Shown here: positions 55,975 to 64,000 of the stretch, one piece after another | How positions within the stretch are numbered: the stretch's first letter is position 1 | Layout of the letters: the number at the start of each line of letters is the position of its first letter | NCBI GenBank assembly: GCA_022072455.1 | Contig: JAJVHY010000001.1 | Span: 76,990-140,989 of the forward strand | Direction: 5' to 3' | Length of the DNA stretch: 64,000 nt | Origin: Verrucomicrobiia bacterium | Lineage (GTDB): Bacteria; Verrucomicrobiota; Verrucomicrobiia; Palsa-1439 | The notes under the pieces: generated by a model | Database searches by the model: none | What the model was told of the DNA's origin: nothing | The model's input: the letters and a program-made list of their open reading frames with translations, nothing else | Position numbers and translations under genes: made by a program

Positions 55975-58900
55975 TGTGCCGTTCCTGAATGCGAGCGCCT
56001 CCGCCGCGCGATCCACATCGTCAGCATTCCGCCCAGACACAACAGCAACATGCTCGGCTCAGGCACCACGCTTACCGGCGTCTGACCCGAAACAACTCCA
56101 AACTCCATCACATATCCGCCCGGCACGAATGTCGAACTCGCCACCGTTTGCACGTATGCGAGTGTTCCGCCTCCGTGCACGACAAAAGTCGCGTTCGCCA
56201 GCCGGCCATCGAAGTTGCCGGCTTGGTCGGTGTAGAAACCGCCGCGGAAAACATTCGTGACGCCGTCCACCAGCGCCGTCTGTATGTACAAATCCACCAC
56301 ATTCACGCCGGTCAGGTTGGCCGTGAACGGCGCAGCATTCGTGAGCCGCAGCACGTCATTGAAACTGCTGTAGCTCGCCAGATTCAAACTCGTAAACTCA
56401 AAACTGAAATCCATACCCAACGTCGGGTCCACTGCCCCGGCCGTTAACACCCCCGGACTGCTTCCCGGCGCGACCCGCCCTGCCCCGCTCAACGCCCGGG
56501 CAATTACGCCCGTCCCACCCAACGTCGTCCCGCCCGCCAAAACAAACGCACCATCGCCGGCTACCTGACCATTCACCACCAGCGTCCCGGCATTCACCGT
56601 CGTGGCGCCGCTGTACGTGCTGTTGCCGGCCAATACCAACGTGCCGTTGCCCGTCTTGCTCAATCCGCCGTTCGACAAAGCCCCGAGCAACGTCGCTGTC
56701 CGCACCACTTGCACCGTGCGCACGCCGCTGTTCAAATCAATCGCGTTGGCAAAGTAAACATCCCCATTCGCGGTGCTGGAACCGAAGATCAACGCACTCC
56801 CATTCGGCACGAATGCGCCCGCGCCCCACATCAACGGCGCGCCGCCGCTCAGGTTCACGACCAGACTTCCGCCGGCCGCGCTGAACCCGCCGCTGCCCGT
56901 CCATTGCACCGCCCCGGCCACCGTCCCGGTTGCCCGCACGAAATTGCCCGCGGTCTCCAGCACGCCGCCGGTCAACTTCAGATTGCTCGCCGTCGGCAAC
57001 CCCACGCCATCCGTCGCCCGCAACGTGCCGCTCACGATTTCCGTGATGCCGCTATACGTATTGGCGCCGGTCAGCGTCAGCATGCGCGGGCCTTGTTTGA
57101 TCAGACCCAGTGTGCTGTCCGAACCGCTGATCACGCCGTTGGCGATCATGTTGTTGCTCGCGGTATTGAAGCCGCGTGAACCGCCCTCCAACACCTGCGG
57201 CAGATTGATGGTCTGCGTGTTCGCGCTGAGATTGACCACGTTGCCGACGAGATTGACCGCATTCGTCCCCGCCGCCATGCCGTTGAGCACGAACGCCCCG
57301 GCGCTATTGGTGAACACGATCCCGGCAAAGCGCGTGTTCGACGCAAAATTGTTCGTGTTATTGACCTTCGTATTCCCGTCGAAAAGCAATCGATCAAACT
57401 CAACCGGGGCCGGGCCGCTGCCCCCACCCCAGTTCGCCGCGTTGGTCCACCACGTGTCGCCCATGGGCGACCCCGGATTCCAGCCGCCGTTGGTGCCGCC
57501 GATGGTCAACGTCACAAACCCGCCCGCCACCCCGAAATTGTAGATCCGATTGTTCGCCTGATTGCCGACAGTGAACGCGGTGACCCCGGTCCCGCCGATG
57601 CTGCCGGTATATTGAATGAGGTTGTACACGCCCGCCGCGTCGAAGCGCACCGTCGAGTTGTTCGTGTACAGCAGCACCGTCCCGCCATTGATGGTCAAGC
57701 CGCCGGAGTCGGTGACGCTCAGTTTGTCGTTGTTCATGCCGCTCGTGAGAAATTCAAACGGCAAATAGCCGCCGTTCAACGTCAAAACGCCCATCGTCAG
57801 CGTGTCGAGGCTGTCGTTGCCGGCGGTGAGCGTGCCGGCATTGAGCGTCACGTGGCCGGCAATCGTCCCGGTGCCGCTGATGAATCCGCCCGCGCCGGTC
57901 ACCGGACCGGCGACGCCCGTGCCGCTGCTGTTGTTCACCACGAAGTTCCCGTCGCTGTTGACCGTCACCGGCGCCAAGCTCCCCAAGCCGACGCCCGCGC
58001 TGTTGGCAATCGCGAGCGTCCCGGCATTGACGGCGACCGGCGCGGAGAAGGTGCTGTTGCCGGATAGAGTCACCGTGCCGCCCTCTTGTTTGATGAGTTG
58101 GCCGGCGTCACCGACGATTGGACCATTGAGGTTGAAGGTGTTGCCAGCCTCGGCGCTGAGGCGGATCATCCCGCCGATCAACGTGTTCGTGACGGTCGCG
58201 CCGAGCGTGGCGTTGTTGCCCTTGAGAGCGGAATTCGTCACCAAGTTGATGCCCTGGAAGAATTGGTGAGTGCCGTTGCCGAGTTGCAGCGTGGCGTTGT
58301 TGACGCCGTCGCCGACGACAAACGCGGTGCCGTTGCTGTAGGTGCTGCCGGTCAGACCGAGGGTGCCGGCATTGAGCACGACGCGGTTGCCGGCGGTGGT
58401 GGTGATCAGCGAGGTGGCCCAGAACTGGCCGCCATTCAAGACCAGCGCATTGGTGCGGGCGGTGCCGACGCCAATGGTGACGGTGCTGATGTTGGTGACG
58501 ATCCCGCCGGCCCCGATCACCAACTGGTTGTTTGTCGCAACACCCGTCGTCGCGCTCCCGATCGTCAGCGAATTATTCCCGAGCGTCCAAACACTCACAG
58601 CGGTGCTGCCGCTGATGGTCGCTGTATTATTGTTCGCATTCGCGCTGATGCCATTGCCAATGATGACGGCCCCAGCGGAACTGACGCTGCCGCCGTTGGC
58701 GATCACGAGGCTGTCCCAACTTTCCTGTTCGCCGACCGTCAACGAACCGACGTTGCGCAGAACCGCACCGCCGACCACTCCATTGCCGTCCACAAGCAAT
58801 TGATTGGAGCCGATCAACGAGCTGCCACCGCTACCGGAGCCAATCCGGAAATGTTGGGCCGCGTTGTCCCAAACCGAAGTTCCACCACCACTGCCGCCGC

Positions 58901-61900
58901 CCACAATAATTACTGCGTTGGACCGCGCACCATTCGCACCGATTGTCGTTACCGAGGAGCCGCCGCGCGCCACTTTGCCGCCGTTGGTCACGATCAACGA
59001 GTTGTTATAGGCATTGACCGAATTCACTCCGACGTTGATCTGTGCATTGGTCAAGACCGCGCTGCCGGTAATGCCGATGCCATCCACCACCAACGAATTC
59101 GATACCCCGCCAGCGCCCGACCCGACATAAACAAAACGCCCACCGACGTCCCAGCGACTCGGGCTGGCGGCGGTGCCGCCACCCATAATTTGGACGGTGT
59201 TGCTGCCAGCAGCAAACCCGACGTACGCGTCCGCCGTGGCTGCGGTCGTGCCAAACACTCGCCCGCCGTTGGAAATCACCAATGAGTTGAGCGCCGCACC
59301 GTTCGTTCCGACCACCAAGCTACCGTTCACAAACAAGCTGCCGCTGTTCTGAACAGTCAGCGAGTTGCCGATCACGTTGCCGGCGCCGACCGTGAGCGCA
59401 GCGGCGTTCGTCCAATACGAGCCCGTGCCGGTAATGAGCGCCGCTTGATTGCTCCAGCCCCGGCCCAGTGTGTAGGCAATGGAACTCGCAACCGTTCCGT
59501 TGCTGACAGTGAGCGAGTTGGTGCCGATCGCCGAGAGATTCGCCAACGTCAATGTCCCGCCCGAGCCATCCACGAGCACCTGCCCGGTAAATGTATTCGA
59601 GCCTTGGAGGACCAGGTTGTACGCGCCGCCCATTGTCAGTTGGCCAGCGCCGGTGATGTTGCTCGCCAAGATGGCGCTACCGGGCCCCGGTCCGCGAAAC
59701 GCAGTGTCAGCGGCGAGATTGAGCGCGTTGCTGATGATGAAGAGACCGCCGCCCTGTTGGTAAAGCAACGGCGTGGTACCGGCGAACTGGATGGTACCGC
59801 CCGTGAGCGTATTGGTGCCAGTCGAAGCACTGGCGAGGACAATCTGGTTGAGTTGGAAGGTGCCAGCCGTGTCGTTCGATGACGTGTAGCTCGTGGCGCC
59901 GGTCCCGCCAAACTTCAGAATCCGGGCCGGATCGGATGTCGGGCCGGCGAGGTTATTCGTCCAATTCGCGCCAACGCTCCAAGCGCCGGTCGCGCCATTG
60001 CTCCACACAAAGTCGGGCGTGATGCTCAGAGCGGAATAAGTCAGGTAGAGGTTCGCCCCAACCAAGGCCACGCCCCAACTCCCCGGTGCCGGCGCTCCAC
60101 CGATATTGAACGCGTTGGTGTTGACCTGGAAGTCTGATGAGTTGAATCCTGTCTGACTGCCAAAATTCACGAACGCCAGAGTGTAATCGTTGGAAGCGTT
60201 GAAATTAACGGCTGCAGCGGAGTTGCTCATGGAATCGAGATTGACGATGAACGGGTTGCCGTTCGGATTGATCGTCAGCGCGCCGGTGACGTTGAGTAAA
60301 TCCCAGCTTGTGCCGGCGGTGCCGGTGAAGTTTGTCACTTCCAACTGAAAGAAACTGCCGCCATGCCACGTCACATTATCAACTGTGAGCAGGCCGGGAC
60401 TGTTACCGGGCGCGAGCGTGGCGCCGTTGGTGATGACCACACTTTGGCCGCCGCCGGTCAGGAGCGTACCGACTCCCTTGAGCGTGGCATTGCTGCGGAT
60501 CAATAAACCATTGGCGAAGATTTGCGTCCCGACGAGGCTTTGCAGTGTCGCGCGTTGCACGCCGTCGCCGACCGTGAAGACCTGATTGCTGACAAAGGCA
60601 TTCGCCACGCTCAGCGTGCCGCCGTTGAAAAGGATTCGATTCAGGCTGTTGGTGAGCCGCAGGGTGCCGATGTTGGTGATGGCGGCGGTGCCCTCCAAAC
60701 GCAGGACGTTGCCGGTGGTGGCGTTGGCGCCGACCGTGAGCGCGCCGGCCAGCATGTTCCACGTCGTGCCGCTCAGGACGGTGACGGTGTTATTGGAAGA
60801 ATTGGCGCTGCCGATGGTCAGGCCGCCGCTCACGACATTGGCGTTGCTGACCGTCATGGTGTTGAAATCGTTTCCGGCCCCCGCGCCAACTGTGATGAGG
60901 CCGATATTGGAGAACGTGGCACTGGTCACAGTGACCATGTTACTGTTGTTGCCCATACCGAACTGCGACACACCCACGTTGAGCGCGCCGCCGTTGTAAA
61001 ACGTGGCGGCATTCGTGACATCCAGCCAGTTGCCACCGTTATTCGTCACGGCACTACCGGTATGGCTGGCGAGTGCAAAAGCAGAGCCGGTGCTGTACCA
61101 AAGCGAATTCGTGCCGGTCACACGGATGATGTTGTTCCCAGCATAGGTCAGGCTGCCCAGCCCGGTAAACCCGGTGTTCGTGACCACCCCGCCATTGGTG
61201 ACGAGGAATAGATTGTTCGAGCTTGGTGCGGCACCGGACGTGCCACCGCCGATCTGGAAAGCACCCATGACGAGCAAGCCGCCATCGGTCACGGTGACAA
61301 TGTTGCTGCCTCCACCGTTGCTCCCCGAGTTGTAGCCCAGCACCAAGTTCCCAGCTCGGAACACGGAACCGGTTCCGGTCACAGTCAGTTGATTATTGGC
61401 AGTCCAACCCGACTTCCAGCCCAGCGCCCACTGACCGGCGAAGTTCGCCGCGCCGCCATTGCTGATAATCAGGTTATTCGCGTAGCCTCCGGCACCGGAT
61501 GCGATGGCCACTCGGAGGAGACTGTTGGAACCGGTGACCCAGATCGTGTTCGAACTTCCCCCAGTAAACTCAATCTGCCCGGACGATCCGAATTGACCGC
61601 CATCGGCCACCATGAGCGAGTTGCCGGAGCCGCTAAATGTCATCGTCGTGGTGTTGCTGAATGCGCCGCCGGTGGTAATCAGCATCAAATTACTCGTGCC
61701 GCCAATGATCTGGCGCGCGCCGGTCCCGCGCGTAGCCAACCACCCACCATTTGTCACGATCAAGCTGTTGCCGGTCGTCCCACCGACGGTGACGGTGCCA
61801 AAGTTGGTAACGATCCCGCCATTGATGGTCAGGACGTTACCGGTTGCGGAGCCAGATCCGACCGTCAGACTCCCGGCATTGCCGTCCCAAACCGTGTCGG

Positions 61901-63560
61901 CCAGTACCGTGAGTAGATTATTCGACGATCCGTTGCCGACTGTAGTGGTTGCGCCCGCCTTGGTACTGACGACTTCGTTGCTTAGGCGGAGCGTGGTGTT
62001 TCCGCCGCTGACGGTGAAATTTCGCGTAGTCAGATTGCCACCGGCCAGCGTTAGCGTCCCAGCGGTTACCGTAACTCCTCCGCCCACGGTGTAGTCATTG
62101 GTAAGAGTCAGCATCGCGCTCCCAGATTTTTGCAGACTGCCCATGCCGGATATCCCGTGCGCGTAGGTGAGATTGGCAGTGGGAGAAAGGATGACGGTAC
62201 CGTTGTTGATGGTGATATCGCTGGACCACAAGCCCGCATTGGAGAGGACCAACGTTCCGGCGCCTATCTTGGTCAGTCCACCGCCGCCAGAAACCTCCAC
62301 GGCGATCGTCCCGGTGTTGCCGCTGATCATGTACAGCAGCGCTTCGGCAGTACCGAACGCCAGCGAAGCGGGCGCGCCGCCGTTGGTGATGCTGGCGCTG
62401 AGAATCATCCCAGCGGTCGTGCCGTCGCCAATCGTGAGTGTGTTGCCGTTGAGATTGATGTTGGCCACGCTCTTGAGCGCGTACGCCTGTTGATTGGCCA
62501 ACAACGTGGTGGAGACCCCGTTGCTGACGATGTTGGCTGCGCCGAAACTGGTTGTATACATCGCGTTCGTCAGACCGTTCGCGCCGTTGGACACGAAGTC
62601 ACCGCCTTTGGCGTTGGTGACCAGCCAAGGGGCCAGGATGCCGTTGATGAGGTTCGTGCCGTCGGTGAAGAAGATCTTCTCACGCACCCCCAGGCTATTC
62701 GCGGGAAGAACGATCAGAGTTCCCAAGCCTGTGCGTGCCAGTGTGGCGGCGTTCAGGGTATTGGTGACGTTGGCGGTCGCATTGTTTAACTGCAAGGTGG
62801 CCCCGCCGGTGACGGTCAGATTGCTAATGGTCGTGGTGGTGTTGACGGCACCGGCGTTCACGTTCAACGTGGCCGTCACAATCGAAAACGATCCAGCGTT
62901 CGACGGCGCCACTGTGCCGATCTCGATGGGGCCTGTGCCCAACACCGTCCCGCCGCCGCTGCCGGTTAGCGTGCCGTTATTGATCACCAACCCGCTGCTG
63001 AAGCTGTTGGCTCCGTCGGCCAGTGTCAGCGTATAATCGCCGACTTTCGTCCACAGGGCGTCGGCGCCGCTGACGCGACCGTTGATGGTCGTCGTATAAC
63101 CAACGGTCCACGTCTGGGTCGCGCTCAAAACGATGTCATTGTTGAACGTTACGACCGCCGCATCGAAGGTACTAAAGAAGCCACCGGCGCCATTCGTCAA
63201 CGCTCCGGAACCGGGCATGAAAACGACGCGGCCATTGACGGTTGGGCCGAACGTCAGCGAGTTGGCAGAGACACTGAACACCGTCACGGTGGCGATTGGA
63301 GCAAGGCTGACACCTGTGTTGAAAACCGCGTCATTGCCGTTGGTCCAAGTGCCCGGCGTCGTCGTCCCGATGCTGAGGCTCGACCAAGCATTGGAAGATA
63401 CCGACCATCCCACGTTGGTGGATGTTCCCTGAATGCCACCGGCGATTCCGGTATCCCAATATTGCGTCGCCGCCCTCGTCCCCGGCCCGGCTGAACTGCA
63501 GAACGCAGCCCACGCCACCAGGACTATGCGGAAGAACAGCGGCAGTTGGATACGATTCAT
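55971..63560 (-). CDS. Giant (2529 aa) secreted PATR (autotransporter-associated beta-strand) repeat protein with a C-terminal PEP-CTERM signal.
   Basis: Signal peptide MNRIQLPLFFRIVLVAWAAFCSSAG. Dozens of G-x-L-x-x-x-G/NTYSG-type repeats (LTLTGANTYSGITEIVSGTL; LVLAGNSTYSGATTVNAGTL). The C-terminus ...VPEPSMLLLCLGGMLTMWIARRRRSHSGTAQ is a PEP-CTERM. Confidence 0.85.
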   Translation of the reverse strand: MNRIQLPLFFRIVLVAWAAFCSSAGPGTRAATQYWDTGIAGGIQGTSTNVGWSVSSNAWSSLSIGTTTPGTWTNGNDAVFNTGVSLAPIATVTVFSVSANSLTFGPTVNGRVVFMPGSGALTNGAGGFFSTFDAAVVTFNNDIVLSATQTWTVGYTTTINGRVSGADALWTKVGDYTLTLADGANSFSSGLVINNGTLTGSGGGTVLGTGPIEIGTVAPSNAGSFSIVTATLNVNAGAVNTTTTISNLTVTGGATLQLNNATANVTNTLNAATLARTGLGTLIVLPANSLGVREKIFFTDGTNLINGILAPWLVTNAKGGDFVSNGANGLTNAMYTTSFGAANIVSNGVSTTLLANQQAYALKSVANINLNGNTLTIGDGTTAGMILSASITNGGAPASLAFGTAEALLYMISGNTGTIAVEVSGGGGLTKIGAGTLVLSNAGLWSSDITINNGTVILSPTANLTYAHGISGMGSLQKSGSAMLTLTNDYTVGGGVTVTAGTLTLAGGNLTTRNFTVSGGNTTLRLSNEVVSTKAGATTTVGNGSSNNLLTVLADTVWDGNAGSLTVGSGSATGNVLTINGGIVTNFGTVTVGGTTGNSLIVTNGGWLATRGTGARQIIGGTSNLMLITTGGAFSNTTTMTFSGSGNSLMVADGGQFGSSGQIEFTGGSSNTIWVTGSNSLLRVAIASGAGGYANNLIISNGGAANFAGQWALGWKSGWTANNQLTVTGTGSVFRAGNLVLGYNSGSNGGGSNIVTVTDGGLLVMGAFQIGGGTSGAAPSSNNLFLVTNGGVVTNTGFTGLGSLTYAGNNIIRVTGTNSLWYSTGSAFALASHTGSAVTNNGGNWLDVTNAATFYNGGALNVGVSQFGMGNNSNMVTVTSATFSNIGLITVGAGAGNDFNTMTVSNANVVSGGLTIGSANSSNNTVTVLSGTTWNMLAGALTVGANATTGNVLRLEGTAAITNIGTLRLTNSLNRILFNGGTLSVANAFVSNQVFTVGDGVQRATLQSLVGTQIFANGLLIRSNATLKGVGTLLTGGGQSVVITNGATLAPGNSPGLLTVDNVTWHGGSFFQLEVTNFTGTAGTSWDLLNVTGALTINPNGNPFIVNLDSMSNSAAAVNFNASNDYTLAFVNFGSQTGFNSSDFQVNTNAFNIGGAPAPGSWGVALVGANLYLTYSALSITPDFVWSNGATGAWSVGANWTNNLAGPTSDPARILKFGGTGATSYTSSNDTAGTFQLNQIVLASASTGTNTLTGGTIQFAGTTPLLYQQGGGLFIISNALNLAADTAFRGPGPGSAILASNITGAGQLTMGGAYNLVLQGSNTFTGQVLVDGSGGTLTLANLSAIGTNSLTVSNGTVASSIAYTLGRGWSNQAALITGTGSYWTNAAALTVGAGNVIGNSLTVQNSGSLFVNGSLVVGTNGAALNSLVISNGGRVFGTTAATADAYVGFAAGSNTVQIMGGGTAASPSRWDVGGRFVYVGSGAGGVSNSLVVDGIGITGSAVLTNAQINVGVNSVNAYNNSLIVTNGGKVARGGSSVTTIGANGARSNAVIIVGGGSGGGTSVWDNAAQHFRIGSGSGGSSLIGSNQLLVDGNGVVGGAVLRNVGSLTVGEQESWDSLVIANGGSVSSAGAVIIGNGISANANNNTATISGSTAVSVWTLGNNSLTIGSATTGVATNNQLVIGAGGIVTNISTVTIGVGTARTNALVLNGGQFWATSLITTTAGNRVVLNAGTLGLTGSTYSNGTAFVVGDGVNNATLQLGNGTHQFFQGINLVTNSALKGNNATLGATVTNTLIGGMIRLSAEAGNTFNLNGPIVGDAGQLIKQEGGTVTLSGNSTFSAPVAVNAGTLAIANSAGVGLGSLAPVTVNSDGNFVVNNSSGTGVAGPVTGAGGFISGTGTIAGHVTLNAGTLTAGNDSLDTLTMGVLTLNGGYLPFEFLTSGMNNDKLSVTDSGGLTINGGTVLLYTNNSTVRFDAAGVYNLIQYTGSIGGTGVTAFTVGNQANNRIYNFGVAGGFVTLTIGGTNGGWNPGSPMGDTWWTNAANWGGGSGPAPVEFDRLLFDGNTKVNNTNNFASNTRFAGIVFTNSAGAFVLNGMAAGTNAVNLVGNVVNLSANTQTINLPQVLEGGSRGFNTASNNMIANGVISGSDSTLGLIKQGPRMLTLTGANTYSGITEIVSGTLRATDGVGLPTASNLKLTGGVLETAGNFVRATGTVAGAVQWTGSGGFSAAGGSLVVNLSGGAPLMWGAGAFVPNGSALIFGSSTANGDVYFANAIDLNSGVRTVQVVRTATLLGALSNGGLSKTGNGTLVLAGNSTYSGATTVNAGTLVVNGQVAGDGAFVLAGGTTLGGTGVIARALSGAGRVAPGSSPGVLTAGAVDPTLGMDFSFEFTSLNLASYSSFNDVLRLTNAAPFTANLTGVNVVDLYIQTALVDGVTNVFRGGFYTDQAGNFDGRLANATFVVHGGGTLAYVQTVASSTFVPGGYVMEFGVVSGQTPVSVVPEPSMLLLCLGGMLTMWIARRRRSHSGTAQ

Positions 63561-63658
63561 TGCAAGACGTCAGCTCACCGATTGTTTCACTTCGCCCTCA
63601 TATTACATACGTCTCGAAGATTTGGCGTTCCGCTGGTGATTATGATAAGGAAACGAAC

Positions 63659-64000
63659 ATGTCACGAATGCCGAAGAATTCAGCCTCGGGACGGGAAACA
63701 TTCTGGTTCGCCATTCCCGGTCTGCGGTACCTCGGCCGCTCCTACACCGAAACCGCTTGGCCGCCGCTACCGCCCCACCTCTATCCCCCCAGTACAATGG
63801 GGCTGTTCTTCATCGCAAAAGGCAAACAGAATTTCCGGGTTGACCAAAAAGATTACCTCGTGCACGGAGGGGAAATCTTCGTCGTCTTTCCGAACGAGTG
63901 CCACAGCTCGGGCGGCGTGGCGATGGAGAAAAACCTCTTCTACTGGATGCAGATCGACCTCCCCATCGTCTGCCCCGCTCCCCAACCACTGCCGGACGTC
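63659..64000 (+). CDS. AraC/XylS-family transcriptional regulator, N-terminal cupin-like effector domain. Partial at the right edge.
   Basis: Own translation MSRMPKNSASGRETFWFAIPGLRYLGRSYTETAWPPLPPHLYPPSTMGLFFIAKGKQNFRVDQKDYLVHGGEIFVVFPNECHSS..., open to the window end. Cupin-like pattern typical of AraC N-domains. The family call is weak. Confidence 0.4.
   Translation, partial: MSRMPKNSASGRETFWFAIPGLRYLGRSYTETAWPPLPPHLYPPSTMGLFFIAKGKQNFRVDQKDYLVHGGEIFVVFPNECHSSGGVAMEKNLFYWMQIDLPIVCPAPQPLPDV

Noticed and set aside
1-64000. CRISPR arrays, tRNA/rRNA genes, restriction-modification or other classical defence systems.
   Set aside because: No regularly spaced short direct repeats, no tRNA-like GTTCGAATC/T-arm signatures in intergenic regions, and no recognisable Cas, methyltransferase or nuclease motifs were seen. 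The only sizeable non-coding gaps (9421..9762, 21143..21272, 21783..21902) lack such structures.

Overview
This 64-kb window comes from a high-GC (>60% by eye) bacterial chromosome. PEP-CTERM proteins with autotransporter-associated beta-strand (PATR) repeats, prepilin-like DUF1559/H-X9-DG and GspG-like proteins, and sulfatase/FGE genes suggest a Verrucomicrobiota/Planctomycetota-type organism. The sequence alone cannot fix the taxon.

Layout, left to right:
- 1..1060 (-): partial efflux membrane-fusion-protein gene, running off the left edge.
- 1360..9420 (-): two tandem giant PEP-CTERM beta-helical surface proteins. Their 3' ends share a 519-bp stretch identical at the nucleotide level.
- 9763..12188 (-): a minus-strand operon with stop/start overlaps. 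It encodes a zinc-ribbon membrane protein, pterin-4a-carbinolamine dehydratase, an L,D-transpeptidase and an apparently frameshifted rhomboid protease.
- 12264..15063 (+): a signalling cluster of an FHA protein, a pseudokinase fused to an FGE-sulfatase domain, and a STAS protein.
- 15067..20299: an M23 peptidase plus lipoprotein, then a fused indolepyruvate:ferredoxin oxidoreductase.
- 20300..21250: a short AT-richer islet with an orphan ORF, abutting an RNase HI gene that lacks a canonical start.
- 21903..23778 (+): a nucleoside hydrolase and small hypotheticals.
- 23832..53513: a GH5 glycosidase, then a ~27-kb almost uninterrupted plus-strand array of about 25 tightly packed, often ATGA-overlapping genes. 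It combines a sulfatase, GH1, a sialate-O-acetylesterase-like esterase, two SGNH and one alpha/beta hydrolase, a CN-hydrolase, an enoyl-reductase-like MDR protein, three neutral-ceramidase-like proteins, two PhyH dioxygenases, several URO-D-like proteins, an EamA exporter and three tandem beta-propeller paralogs. I read this as a candidate glycosphingolipid or sulfated-glycolipid catabolic locus. That reading is inference.
- 53510..63560 (-): a 7.6-kb PEP-CTERM/PATR giant protein, translationally coupled to a GspG-like pseudopilin and a DUF1559 prepilin-type protein.
- 63659..64000 (+): a partial AraC-type regulator at the right edge.

No rRNA, tRNA, CRISPR array or transposase/integrase was recognised. 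Most long antisense ORFs in the six-frame track are high-GC artefacts.
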